This document shows, one piece after another, positions 1 through 12,899 of a DNA stretch of 64,000 nt (the stretch's first letter is position 1; every line of letters begins with the position of its first letter). Both the position numbers and the translations under genes were made by a program. The DNA comes from Narcine bancroftii (taxonomy: Eukaryota), in contig NC_091471.1 in NCBI RefSeq assembly GCF_036971445.1, positions 359,724,001 to 359,788,000 on the forward strand, written 5' to 3'. Under the pieces are notes generated by a model, which saw only the letters and a program-made list of their open reading frames with translations, ran no database searches and was not told the origin of the DNA.

Positions 1-660
1 CTTATTACATGAAATTGTTTTTGCCTGCTGTAAGGGAGACAGATTCACTATCAGCAGAAATTGCCTGAAGCACCTCTTACAGTCAGAGAAAGAGAAGCAA
101 AGGAGAATCCCCCCAGAGTCACCGAGTGTCCGTAGATTTGCCTCCAGTGCTTCTATGGCCGCACAAACCATTGGCAACCCGAGCTCCAGATCCGAACCTC
201 CGACAAGATCAGGAACCCTCAGTGTCTTCAGCACCCCTTCACATCCCGGTTCCGATATCTGGAACCCCTTAAGTCAGTTTCAAGCCAGTCTCCTGCAGTC
301 TAGGCACGAGTCTTCCGACAGTAGTCTCCAGTAGCTCACAGCCTCGTGAGTTAACCATATAACCACATAACCATATAGCCACTTACAGCACAGAACAGGC
401 CAGTTCGGCCCTACTAGTCCATGCCATAGCAAATCCCCACCCTCCTAGTCCCACTGACCAGCACCTGGTCCATACCCCTTGAGTCGCCAGCAGCCTGCCG
501 CGTGCATTGATCTTTCAGGCACAGAGCCCCCTCACTGGTCCACAGCCGTGGTTACCATCCCCCCGGGTCATCTCTCTGCTTCTCCTTCTCAGAAGGGGGA
601 TGGTCTACCCATTTTCTGGTGCCCTGGTGTCGAAAGGTCATGTTGCAACTCGTCAAATCT
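1..660 (-). mobile_element. Non-coding repeat with a Rex1-like 3' tail (interrupted by CR1 at 352-479)
   Basis: CAGCAGAAATTGCCTGA..CTTACAGTCAGAGA..GAGTCAC.GAGTGTCC shared with 46050-46105; relatives at 5830-6160 and 17555-18805. Confidence 0.7.
352..479 (-). mobile_element. CR1 3' end, same family as 49097-49896
   Basis: Reverse complement of ~49770-49896; TSD TGAGT at 347-351 and 480-484. Confidence 0.92.
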
Positions 661-669
661 CTGGTGAGA

Positions 670-1180
670 CCACACTTAAGAGTATTGTGTTCAGTTCTGG
701 TCACCTCATCATAAGAAGGATGTGGAAGCTATGGAGAGGATGCATAGGAGATTTGCCTGGATTGGAAAACATATCTTTTGAAGCAAGGTTACAGAGCTAG
801 GGCTTTTCTCTTTGGAGCGAAGAAGGATGAGAGAAGACTTAATAGAGATCTGCACGATTCTGAGAGGCATCGATAAGATTGCCAGCCAATGCCTTTTTCC
901 CAGGGCGGGAATAGCCAACACCAGAGGACATCCATACAAAAGGGAGGAAAGTTTAGGCGAGACGTCAGGGGTAAGTTTTTTAAAGAGTGAGTTGAGTGTG
1001 TCTGGAATGCTGGTGGAGGCGGAAACATTAGAGGGATTTAAGAGACTTACACGTGTATGAAAGAAAAATAGAGTGTTACCAAGTATGAAGGGTTAGTACT
1101 TTTATTTGGCAGGAATATATGGGTCGGCACAACATCGAGGGCCAAAGGGCCTGTATAGCACTGTGGTGTTCTATGGTCTA
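670..1180 (+). mobile_element. CR1 3' fragment
   Basis: ERRRMREDLIE, NTRGH; tail GTTCTATGGTCTA. Confidence 0.88.
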
Positions 1181-3444
1181 TCACACCAACTGCCTCATGT
1201 GCTGCCATTGTACCAGTCCCACTATGGAATTTTAAATAATTCTATAAATGGTGAAAGGCTGCTTGTTAACAGCTCCTGTTGCCAGATAACACAGTTTTCA
1301 GGACTTTAGTCAGATAAAGACTGAAAGATGTTGAAAGGTTAGCCAGCACATCCAAACCAACATGACAAGAATCAAAAACAATTCCATCAAAGCATTGAAA
1401 AAAAATCATTAAAAACTGTGTTCATATTATCATTGTTGATTCGATAACAACCCAGTGTCAAAGTATGACAAAAGACCAAAGGGTGTTGTTGAAGATTTCA
1501 AAAATAAAATACATCATTTAGTAGCCCAGTTAGTTAGTTTAAGGTGCGTGTTTTGCTTTTCTATGTTACAGATGCCATCCCAAGTGCAGCATAGAGGACT
1601 GAGAACACTCAACGCTCCTTCACAATGAAACCTACAGCTGTGATATCTTGGGGAACATCAACTGACTTTACATTCATAACAATACACTGAAAATCCAGTT
1701 TACCTTCCCTCAAAGACTGCCATTAAATTGAATAAATTTTGACTTATTTTTGAAAACTCTCTATTTGTCCCCTCTCTCACAAGGTACTATGCATTCTCTA
1801 CAATGCATTCAACAGGGTGCACGAAACAGAGGCATGTTTGCCACGTTGCACTGCACTGTACTTGAATTCTGAAGTGACCAGCAACATTTTACATTTTACA
1901 CCGGCAGACACATTATCCAGCTCGTGGAAAAAAAAACCTACAAAACCAAGAGTAATCCTCCTCTCCCTTGAACAAAATTAACAAGTAGATTTAAGTTTCT
2001 GTTTCCTGTGATCAACTTTTGTTGTTTTTGCCCAATATCAGCTCATGAAGCCTTGGTGCCCACTCAAATTTAATCTAAATGGCATGGATGTGGAACACTC
2101 AAATAATATTGTATATCCAAGCTAAGAAAGTTGACATAGTTCCTTACATACACTGTTGCTTCTGAGTTTGTTCTCTTTATAAATATTCCATATCCTTTCC
2201 TCCACTGTGCCAAAAATTGAAAATATATCTGGGTGGGAACTAATTGGACCCCAACCTCTTTTCATACTGGCAGTCCTGATTTAAATCGATTTGTTTCTCA
2301 GATATTAAAGCAGAAAGTCTGCTGAATTTAATTTAAAGTGTCTGCTTCTTTATTTCTCTGTTGTTTGCAGTCCAACCTGTCAATCGTAATGTCATTCGAG
2401 GACAGACGGGCAGAATTGGAAGAAGCGTCTACACTTTTTAAAAAAATGCATATTCTTCCTAAGAATATGCAGGCCGAATTGAGTCACTGCGTGCAGACTT
2501 CCCTGTTAAATAAATAAACAAACAATAGAGAGTGATCTTTTATTGACTTTCTCTGAGCTGGGGATATGATTCTGGTTAACCAAACTAAATATCTATTTAA
2601 ATCATTTAGACTTGTTCCAAGCGAAAGGAAATTATTAAGGCCTGCATTTTAAAACCACTCGTGGAATTCAAGAAGAAACCTAATAATAAGAGGAATTTGC
2701 AAACTACCCTCCACACCCAATATAAGTAGGAGATCTTATTTACAGATTTCAGATTCATTGTCAGAGTGCATGCATGGCATCCCATACAACCCTGCTGCTG
2801 TCCAAAACTTTTTCCCTCAATCAACGTCACAAGGATAGATATTCTGAGATTTGTTTCACAAAATCTGTCTCCTAATAAGCACAGAAATCTGTCCTTTTCA
2901 ACAATCTGTACACATTTTCTTATTTTTCCTCGATAGCAATAGTTAAGATTAATGGTCTGACAGTAGCCTCACCAAGTATTCTGTTTTTACCACTCACTTT
3001 TTAATTGTCAAGTCATTAAAATGAAACTAATTCTTGTATGTGAATCGTGGACCCTTGAAGATGGTGAGAGCTTTGCTCTGCACAAATGGGCTGTTACGCT
3101 CTTACACGATAACACGAGCTGCCCTTCACAAATATACTTAATTGCATCTAAGGTGCTTTGGGACGTTGTTGTGGATGACAGTAGCCATAGGCAAACCTTC
3201 CTTTTAACTCAGAGACGCAGAGAGAACAGAATATCTCCGATAGCTGAGAAATTGGACATTTTCAGCAATAAAATGCCTTCATTATTTTGATTCCTGACCA
3301 ATTAAGATGGGCAAGCATGAGAAAAATAAGGACAGCTCGTATTCTAGTCCACCATAAAGAGGCACTTTACGGAATTTGATGGACATTAGATGCAAGAGAG
3401 GGAAAGGGCAGCTGTTTCCTTGGAGCCACAAGCATTTTAGTAGA

Positions 3445-3890
3445 AATAATAACAATACCCGGAAGAGCTGGTGGAACTCAGCAGGGCATGCAGCACCCAT
3501 GGAAAGCATAGGCAGTCGACATTCCGGCTCTCGGCTCTTCGACAGGAATTTAGACACAGACATACATTTCAGCCCACAAGTCCGTGCTGCCCAATTTACA
3601 CCGAATTAACTGACATTCCCCCGGTACATTTCGAACAGTGGGAGTAAACCGAAGTCCCCCCCGGGGAAAACCCATACAGACGCAGAGAGAATGTGCCACT
3701 TCCTTACAGATAGCATGGGATTCGAACCCCGGTCCCGATCGTCGGCGCTGTAAAGGAGTTGCGTTGACTGTCCCTGATGAAGGGTTCAGACCCAAAACAC
3801 CAACTACCTATGCTCTCCATGGATGCTGCAGAGTTCTTCCAGCACTTTTGTGTGTTGTTCTGGCTCTCCAGCATCCGCAGACTCCTTGTT
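3445..3890. mobile_element. Palindromic Penelope-terminal mini-element with hammerhead-like cores and a V-SINE in the centre
   Basis: Arm 3445-3547 is an inverted copy of arm 3771-3865; CTGATGA-A-GGGT-tcag-ACCC-aAAA at 3774-3797. Confidence 0.75.
3548..3770 (-). mobile_element. V-SINE (HE1-like, tRNA head)
   Basis: B-box GGTTCGAATCC, V-core GGGTTTTCCCCGGGG..GGTTT.CTCCCAC, tail TGTCTAAAT. Confidence 0.88.
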
Positions 3891-4111
3891 GACCTTCATT
3901 AGAAATCATTCTGATAGCTCGAAATTCGTGCAGGGTGATTACGTTCACTTCTAATCCAGTGAAGAATCAGACAACCCTAAAGTTTTGAAAAAAAAACAAG
4001 TTTGACAAGATCAGTTCTAAACTTCTTTGTTGAGAACCAACAAAACTCCTGAGAAGAAAGCCTTCATACAATCACCTGGAATTGCTGGACCCTCAACCCT
4101 TATCTTATGCT

Positions 4112-4335
4112 AGAGACATAAGAGACTGCAAATGCTGGAATCTGAAGCAACAAACAATCTACTGGAGGGATTCAGCAACTTCAGCAGGCATCAGTGAGAG
4201 AAAAAGTATGGTCACCATTTCAGGTCCGAACATCAAGATTTATTGGAACAAGAGGTTCTCGAGGGTTCCAACTCAAAATGTTGGCCATTCCTTATCTCTC
4301 ATTGATGTTGCTGGATTTTCTGAGTTCCTCCCGTG
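4112..4335. mobile_element. Decayed palindromic Penelope-terminal mini-element
   Basis: GACTGCAAATGCTGGAATCTG arm and inverted TGAGTTCCTCC arm. Confidence 0.65.
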
Positions 4336-4689
4336 GATGGTTTTTTTTTTTTGCTCGTCCAGCGTTCTTTTGCTTTCATTTGCATTTCACTTAGACTGAA
4401 GGAACCTTGAGCCCAGAGCCAAGTTCAAAAACTGCACTTAAACCTGCTGTTATTGAATGATGACCCTCTTCCAAGGTTCCCCACTCTCAAATTCAATGCA
4501 GAAGTCACCAGGGTCATGTCACTTTTCTGACCTGCCCACAGGATTGGAAGACTTAATTCTGAAATGCTACAATTGTTGCAGTCCCAGCAGATACCTGGCT
4601 ATCCCATATATTTTCCTCCACTGTTCAATGATATTTAAACCAGAGTACAGCACACTCCCGAATCTAACTTCAAGCTCGGTTATTGTCGG

Positions 4690-5045
4690 TTTTACTTTCT
4701 CATTGGAGCACAGGAGATTGACTTTGTCGAGGCTTCTGCGATAATGAAGGGCATAGATAGGGAAGGTGGTTGCATTCTCTTCTTCAAGGGAATCTAAAAC
4801 CAGAGGTTTAAGCTGAAAGAGGGAAGATTTAAAAGGGACATGAGGAGCATGTTTATGCACACAGGGTGTTGTGGGTACATGGAATGAGCTGCCAGAGAAG
4901 ATGGTAAGGTTAGGAACAATCATCTGATTTAAAAATCATTTGGGCAGGCACATGGATAGGAAAATAAAAGAGAGATAAAGGCTAAATGCAGGAAATGGGA
5001 TTGGCATAGAAAGGCATCCAGTTAGCATGGAGGAATCAAGCTTGC
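4690..5045 (+). mobile_element. Decayed CR1 3' fragment
   Basis: FSLEHRRL; TGGAATGAGCTGCCAGAG. Confidence 0.75.
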
Positions 5046-5309
5046 TCTATGACATTGGCAGTGACTGCAATCCAGAAATGGTTGATCTATCTGCCCACAA
5101 CGCAGTACATAGACTGAAAATCCCCTTGTTCAGATTTAGGCAGGAAATCAAAAAGCGAGCTTTAAAATTGTTTGGGGTTTGAGGGCAATGTAGCTGAATC
5201 ACTTGTAAAATTATGAGCTCTAAAAGAAATTTAACGGAGGAACCAGCAGGCATTTTTTGGCTTTCTCTCAGCACTTAAGTCTGGCATGTTGCTTGAATAT
5301 TGAGGAAAA

Positions 5310-5490
5310 AAAATAACCTGCAGATGCTGGAAATCTGAAACAAAAGCAGAGAATGCTGGCAATGTTCAGCAGGGCAGGTGGCGTCTGTCTAAGATTTCAA
5401 GTCATCAACGTGCTGATCTGTCGAGGTTTCAGACCTGAATCTCTTACAACACACAATGCCTAATCTGCTGACTAATGCATTGCTTGATTT
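5310..5490. mobile_element. Decayed palindromic Penelope-terminal mini-element
   Basis: CTGCAGATGCTGGAAATCTGAAACAAAAGCAGAGAATGCTGG arm plus a short inverted arm. Confidence 0.6.
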
Positions 5491-8375
5491 GAGAGATAAC
5501 TATATCATCAGGGATGTCAAAGGGCTAAACTGAAACACGAACCTTTCCCTATCTTGGATTCTGATTATAAGGGCAAATTGACCAAAGTAACTCATGCAAT
5601 AGCTCATCCCACTACTCTGCAGTCTATCACAGTCTGCACCAAATAGATAGACCATGATATTTAACTATTGGAAATATGATTTTACTTATGTAGAGTTGAG
5701 AAGATCTCAAGGCCTTTCCTCAGTTTTCAGAACATTGTTGCAATCTTCCTGGAATTTCTTGAAATGCCAAGGTTCCTTTATTATCATGAACATAAACACA
5801 CAAAATATGTTAACTTTTGCTTGGTGCCTCCACTAGCCCAGCACCTCCACCAATAAGAAAGGCAAAAGAGAGTCCATTCAGAGACCCAGCATCCGTGAAT
5901 TTTCCTCCTGAGCTCCTGTAGCATCTGAAGCCATGTGGCCTCCCATCCATTCCAGCAGTGAATCGGAGCACCTGTTTCCAAACCTCCGATTTGATCAGGA
6001 AAATGTAAAAACAAATTTGAGGTTTTTTTTTCCCGGAGCCCTCCAATCCTCGCAAAATGATATCCAGTTTCCATGAGGCAATCTCAAGGTGCCAGAGGCC
6101 TAGTGTGACATGGCAGTGACATTGCAGACGAGAGTGCAGCACGTTCGGTCTTGATTTCTGTGCGAGCTGTGTGAACCATCATGATTCTGATCAAATACAT
6201 TGCAAATTTTCTGGAGGCCAGATTGATCAGGTATTGGCCTTAGGATTAGTTGACTTTCTCCACTGCAAATCACCCCATTCATACATCTCACATCGTGACA
6301 TATAATTGTGATGAATCAACACAGATGTTCCTTGTAATGGGATGAAGCTCCATTTTGTCTTCAAACTGAGATGTGCGCTTGCACCACTTTCTCTGAAGCC
6401 CAGACCTAACTCTGAAACTCCTTGATCATGGAGCACGTCAAATTGGAAACAAAGGCAAGCCCCAGAAAACATGATATTCATCTGACAATCAGTCCTGGTG
6501 CTGCAACACATTTAAATTCAATAGCTCTTGCATTAATCAGCCAGCTTGGGACTTGGATAAATAGTGTATCCTCTGTGGGAATTATGGCTATGCTGGGAAT
6601 TCAGCCACACACTCCGTGTAAGCTTTGCCAAACATCTTTAATGTTGTTACTGCTGCTGAGTTCAAGAAAGGGACCCTCAACCATTGCAATATGGAAGTCT
6701 TTTACTCATTTATTATTTTTAATATCTTTACACAGTGTAGTCTGGCTTAAGTCATAAGCGAGCAAAATAATTGCATCAAACAGTGCCTCAGGCTTCAAAT
6801 AGCAATAAACTGCTTGACCTTCAGACTCATGCTTAATAGAACCACCTAGACCCCTCAAGTGTATTACAACCTTGTAACATACTCTCAGACATCTGTCATT
6901 CTGATATGGCTATTTCTATTCTTTAAACAGTGGAACAACAGTTTTTTTTCCCCCTCGATATTCTGATCCAGGTTTTGAAAAATCTAAAGCTTCTTAAATT
7001 AAGATTTATAATTTGAGAGGAAACATACTTGCAGTACAAGACCAAAGGTTACTTCATTCTCTGCCAGTGTTATCAAATGTCCATGGTTCATGATCCAAAT
7101 ATTTTTTGTAATTAACATTTTATTGTTTTTCATTCTCATGCATAAAGTTTCCCCAGGTGGGTTACCATGTAAAGTTTTGTTCAATCCAGATGAACTTTCT
7201 AATTATAATCAGGCACAAAATAAATGCAACGAGTCTTCACATATGTGGTTACCTTGCACATAGTTAATTTTCAGATCACGCTTCCATATACATTGGAACG
7301 GATATGTATGGAAGCAAAACAAAAAAATCTAGAATGCTTAAGTTCATTGTCTCAATTCTCACCATCAAAGTTCAAACATTTAAGCTTGCAAATAAAAAGG
7401 AAGTTAAATATGAATCTCAAACGATTTAACAGTTCTCTCCAAAGTTTGCACATTTTATTATTCACCTTTTGAAAAGATAATTTAACCAAAAGAAAGAAAA
7501 TCAATTTCTCAATAAGATATTTCCCCAAAGGCAACATGCAAATCTAAACCACTTTTGTCAGAATATTGGTCGGAAACTGCTATGATACAACGGAATTAAT
7601 ATGCAGAAAACTGAGCTCTAGGTGATGACTTATCAGTACAGGCAAACACTACAAAGCATTATTTGTTCAATTCCTTGTATATATGTTGGCATTTCAAATG
7701 TCTGCATAAATCAGATAGACCTGTCGAGCACGCTGAATATTATTTATTTTTCATGTTCCATTCAGAACAATTTCATTCTTTGGCTAATGGACTTGTAATG
7801 TTTCGTTGTCAGTATTGTGCCCAGAATAAATAAGAAAAGCTTACACATAATTCAATTACAGATGTTCTTCAAGATACCAAACTGGGCAAATCATTATGCA
7901 GTGATGTACTTCAAACTGAATTTAACGCTGACATATTTCCTTGCATGGAGAAACAGGTTAAAAATAATATTTAAATTTTGTTGCATTTATAACTTGAATA
8001 CAAGAGCATTCTCATTTAGAAACAATGATTCATTTATAACAATGTAATTAAACAAAGGTGCAGATATGCATGCTTCTCATTTCTGGGCAGAATTGTGCCT
8101 TTGGATTTTAGCACCGAGTGGATGAGAGAATACGCATGTTAGGTCTCAATGTCAACACTAGTGACCAAAGGACCATTTCTCTTCTTTTGCTACATGACAA
8201 TAGTTATAGGCCACACAAATGGAAAGAGGTTCAATGAAATGGAGATCAACATAGCCTCTAAGGACTCAATGTAATCGAGGAATTCAGAAATCGCCATAAA
8301 CTCTAAGGAAAAAGTTGGAGATTTTTATGATCATTAAATTCATTTTTCAAAGAGGTTTACTTTTCAATTTATTTA

Positions 8376-8838
8376 CCAAGAAAATGCAAAAGGTTGTGGA
8401 CACAGCCCAGGAAATCACAGGCAAAAACTCCCCCCCCCCCACCCCCCCCCCCCCCCCCACCCACCTCCAAGCACATCTACAGGGAACACTGCCATCAGAG
8501 AGCAGCAGCAATCATCAAGGATCCACATCGCTCAGCACATGCTCTGTTCAGGTTGCTTCCATCAGGAAAGAGGCTCTCATCAACACATTCAGAAACAACT
8601 GCTACCCCTCCACCACCAGATTCCTCAAAGACAAACTCAATCAGGGACTCATTTAAGGACTCTTACTTTTGCATTTTATTGATTTTCTTTCTTTCTTTCT
8701 GTTTTGCACTGTTTTTTTTACATGTGTACATTGAGTACAGTTATTTTTCTCTATCAATAACTGGTAATTCTGCCTCGCTCAAAGACAAAAGAATCTCAGG
8801 GTTGCATGTGATATCTAACAATAAACTGAAATCTGAAA
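8376..8838 (+). mobile_element. Rex1/Babar 3' fragment
   Basis: QKVVDTAQEITGK, HIYREHCHQRAAAIIKDPH..LLPSGKR; tail ACAATAAACTGAAATCTGAA; internal poly-C run. Confidence 0.88.
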
Positions 8839-9199
8839 ATCTAATTGGTGCACTTGGCATCCACAGGTTCATGGGCCGGAAGAACCTGATTCCGTGTTGT
8901 ATGTCTAAATATTTTTTAAAAACACACTCCAAAGTTTTACTTGAACAAGCCATTATACCAGCTTGTCAAAGTCACTATAGGACTCCCAAAGTAGCTCTGT
9001 ACCATGGCAATAACCTTTGTGCTTTTATTCCCCAGGAGAAACGATAACAGGCTCTGCAGGCAAACAAGACGAATACCAAATCATAGAGAGTCAAGTTTCA
9101 TTTCAGTGGCTAAACAATTTACAAAACTGTTTAATTCCACCAAACACAAATTATATTTGGATTCCATCTGCACAGAAAAACTTGTTTAAAGAAGAGCAT

Positions 9200-9310
9200 G
9201 GATTCCTCCCACGTTTCAAGAACGTCCAGGGTTAGGAGGTTAATTGGTCACATGGGTGTGGGCTCGTGGGCCGGAAAGACTTGTCACTGTGCTGCTTCTC
9301 AAAATTAAAG
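9200..9310 (+). mobile_element. V-SINE 3' half
   Basis: TTCCTCCCAC...GGTTAATTGG...CTCGTGGGCCGGAA. Confidence 0.75.
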
Positions 9311-11512
9311 TGAAGGGGTCAAACTAATTCCATTCAAAAAGTCACCTTGTTGCAAATTAGTTAGAGAATAACACTTAGAAACTGAGCATTAAAGAGCTCT
9401 CTTTTCGTAGGATGTCAGGCGGTGACTGCAGCAAACACTCGGTATGCAAGAAATATTAATGCAAGGCTCTCAGTAGGCTTGATATTCTTGACATCATGAA
9501 CAGGATCAGCAATGGATAGAGTCCAGATTAGGACACAGCTTTGTATAGGAAAGGTTAAGAGAGATATGGACCATTTACAGCCAAAGGCTTAAACAGCATG
9601 GATAAATATATTGGGGCGAAAGGCCTTTTTGCATGGTGTAGAACTCAATGATAGCCTCAGCAGATGCACTGAATAGAAGCTGATACAATTTGGTGCTCTA
9701 TTCTGAGCTCAGGAAATGCAGGTTGCCAATGGGTCACTGGCCAGACATCGGGATCCACTGACAATGAGCTCTAATATTCACTTCCACGACTGAATATTGT
9801 ATAAAGAGAGATAAGGAGCCAAATGTCCATAACCACAAGGGTTCAATGTCCAATGTGACATTTGCAAAGCAAAATTGTCAAGTTTTGAGAATAAAGGATG
9901 TCACTTGGTTCCACCAAACCAAGAATGCTGTTCAATTTTTGACATTAAATTATTGGAAGTACACAATGCCATATTTTCTTCTCAGGTAAGTGATCAAAAC
10001 AAGTTAAACCAAATCCAAACTTGAATAATTATCATCTTAGGGGAATCATTAATTGTTTTCCTTATTAATCACACGACAAAACCAGGTGAACTAATTCAAA
10101 CACAAATCAACAAGGCTCTAAAACAGACATATTACGTAACATAAGCATTTAATGTTAAAATATTCTAATTCATCTTGGGAGGCAAAGCTTTCACTGAGCC
10201 AATTTCTAATCTTACTGAATAAATTTGCAGTAGTGCGCCTTGGGCTAATTAGGTGTTGAGACTCACTGTCTCGACATTCCAAACCCTCACCTATTCCTCT
10301 TCTCTTATAAATTGAATGAGGCCTCACATGCAGGAGGCACTTGTTTGAGGGGGGAAATTGTTAGGGTGTGTTGTCTACAATTTAACCTCTCCCTTGACAT
10401 GAATGTACAGAAAATCATGCGCAGAACATTGCAATTTTGCAACAATTATCTGCTATGTGTGAGGCCCTTTTTGTGGCTGTGGCCTGGGAAATTTCTGCCA
10501 GGTGTCATAAATTTATACCTTGAATCGTTCAACATGCAAAACGTGTCCCTCTTGGTTATTGGATGGAAAACATAGATTTCTTATCGTGTAATTGCAAAGC
10601 TCTGAATATTAAGCCTGACCTGTTCACCATGGCAAACAGGAATAAGCTAGGATCCTAATTTAGGAAAGGAATAGTTTAGTATTTTAAAGATACTTCATTC
10701 TTCAAATCAAGCAGCTAATCTGTGCCATAACAATGAATGATGTGTTTGGAAATCTTTTTCAAACTTATTTAAAACTGGACTTTTCCCAGTCCAGCAATAG
10801 CTGGCCCTGTACCAGATTTGGTTCATTAAAGACATTGTTTCATATTTATATCAGACCTCAGAACTCTATCGCTTATTTTAATAATTCTACAAAGGATTTG
10901 ACACTGCTTAGCCTTTACGTTGGAGTCCAAATCTTGATACTAGCTCAAATGGCAACACTTTCCACAATTTTTGTTTCATCCTTATTATAAGAGAAATACT
11001 GCTAATTTTAAATGAAGGACTTTGGGATTTGTTTATGGTCCCTACCCCCACCAATCCCCAACCCCTCAGGGGCACATTAAAATCAGTGCTTAATGCGCAA
11101 TGAGTCTGACCCAGTGTCAACTAGTGCTGAGCTGTTGTGATTCGACCATTGCTGTGGGAGAATGGTGGGTTTCGACCATTGTTAGATCGATGCGGCTGTG
11201 TGTTAGTAAGAGAATAATGGGGAACCATAAGATTTCTGAACACTGTATAAAGATAGGGAAGTTCAAACTAAGGTGCTGGCTGATGGAAATGCACAACTCA
11301 GAACAATTCCCTTTTCAGGTGACTAATCTCATTGAGAAAGACTCCCAGGATGACTCTCTACAGGCTGAGTTACAGAGGAGAGGGAAGGGAAGGAGAATTC
11401 TTATTGATTGTGATATATTTCTAAAGATCAAATTGTGATATATTTCTAAAGATCAAATGTTCACAAACTTTGAGTGCAGAATACTGATCACCAACCAGTG
11501 TTACATAACTTT

Positions 11513-11765
11513 TTAGATTTTTTTGACAGTGGTAACAGGCCATTTCAGCCCACGTGTCTATGCTGTCCAATTTACACCCTGTTAACCTAGATCCTCCTGT
11601 ACATTTTGAATGATGGGAGGAAACTGGAACCCCCAGAGAAAACCCAAGCAGACACAGGGAGAACGTACAAGTTCCTTACAGACACCACAGGATTCGACCC
11701 CGGTCCGGTCCTGATCGCTGGCTCTTTAAAGGTGTTGCACCAACGGCTACCCCAACCCTGCGACC
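11513..11765 (-). mobile_element. V-SINE
   Basis: Same family as 3548-3770. Confidence 0.88.
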
Positions 11766-11989
11766 CATGTGATATGTGTGCCCCAATATTAAAGTTAGTC
11801 ATTTGTTACAAACAGAATTCAAGAAGCTGTATAATATTAATTCTGAATATGTTGCAAGCAATCAAATAAATGTTATATATGTGCAGGAACAAAGCTTTCT
11901 ATTGTCCAAGGTAAGGATGGAGTCTATCACAGCACACAAAGGGGTAAAAAATGGATATCCATCCTTAATTGCATGCACTATGTAGATAA

Positions 11990-12400
11990 AAGGCCTGGAC
12001 TGTACTCATTGGAGAACAGAGAGATGAGACAGGACCTCAGAGAGGCATTTTGAATGCTGAACGGCCTGGACAGAGAAGATGTGGCAAGGATGTTTCTCAG
12101 GGTAGGGGATTCTTGGACAAGAGGGCATAACTTCAGGATAAAAAAAGGCATCAATTTAAAAGAGAGAGGTGGAGAAATTTATTTAGCCAGAGAGTCCTGG
12201 GCCTGTGGAACTTGCTGCCACAGGTGGCTGTGGAAGCGAGGTCATTGACAGGTATTTGATTAGTCAGGGCATCAAGGGTTATGGGGAGAAGGCCAGCGAG
12301 TGGGGCTGAGTGGAAGATGGATCAGCTCATGATAGACTGGCAGAGCAGACTCAATGGACTGATTGGCCTACTTCTGCTCCTATATCTTGCGATCTTCTGA
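11990..12400 (+). mobile_element. CR1 3' fragment
   Basis: GLDREDVARMF..TRGHNFRIK; 3'UTR related to 41040-41160. Confidence 0.85.
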
Positions 12401-12899
12401 TTTTGTGAAATGATAGTGCTTCCATGTTGCTCTTTTCTTCCAAACTCATTGATGTCTGTTGCAGCAAACATCAGATAGCAAGTAAAACAGGATTAAATGG
12501 GTTTAATGCATGCTTCCAAGTGTTAAAATGAAATCAGCACAAGTGATCACACTTGAAACCATGACTGTCACTTCAATTTCATATTCCTCCCACCTGGGGT
12601 ATGCTATTTCAAGATCTGGATTCACCTCTCTCTAAAACTGTTACCTTTCATTGTCAATGAGACACCACTTGTCTGTCATTTTGCATGCTCAATTTCAAGA
12701 TCATCTCAGGCTGAGTACGTATTCTGTGGTCTTTTCCATTCTTATCCAGTCTCTGACATCCAAACATCACCATTTGTTCTTTCAAGCATGATATCTTCTG
12801 ATATTTACATGATGAGTGATAGATTCACCTCCAATTTAATAGCTTTTTTTTAAACTAGTTGTTCCAAAATCTCCTTTTTTTCAGGGCAGGATTTACAGG

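Noticed and set aside
3715-3770. tRNA gene suggested by the GGTTCGAATCC B-box
   Set aside because: It is the tRNA-derived head of a V-SINE; no full cloverleaf.
6290-6406. Possible minus-strand exon (SGLQRKWCKRTSQFEDKMELHPIT...)
   Set aside because: AG/GT boundaries exist, but I see no recognisable homology and no partner exons.
8394-9047. 217-aa ORF with polyproline and a hydrophobic stretch
   Set aside because: Read-through of a poly-C run, a Rex1 3' end, its T-rich UTR and a SINE tail.
10320-10466. Inverted repeat GGCCTCACA / TGTGAGGCC
   Set aside because: Only 9 bp across ~130 nt, which is expected by chance in 64 kb.
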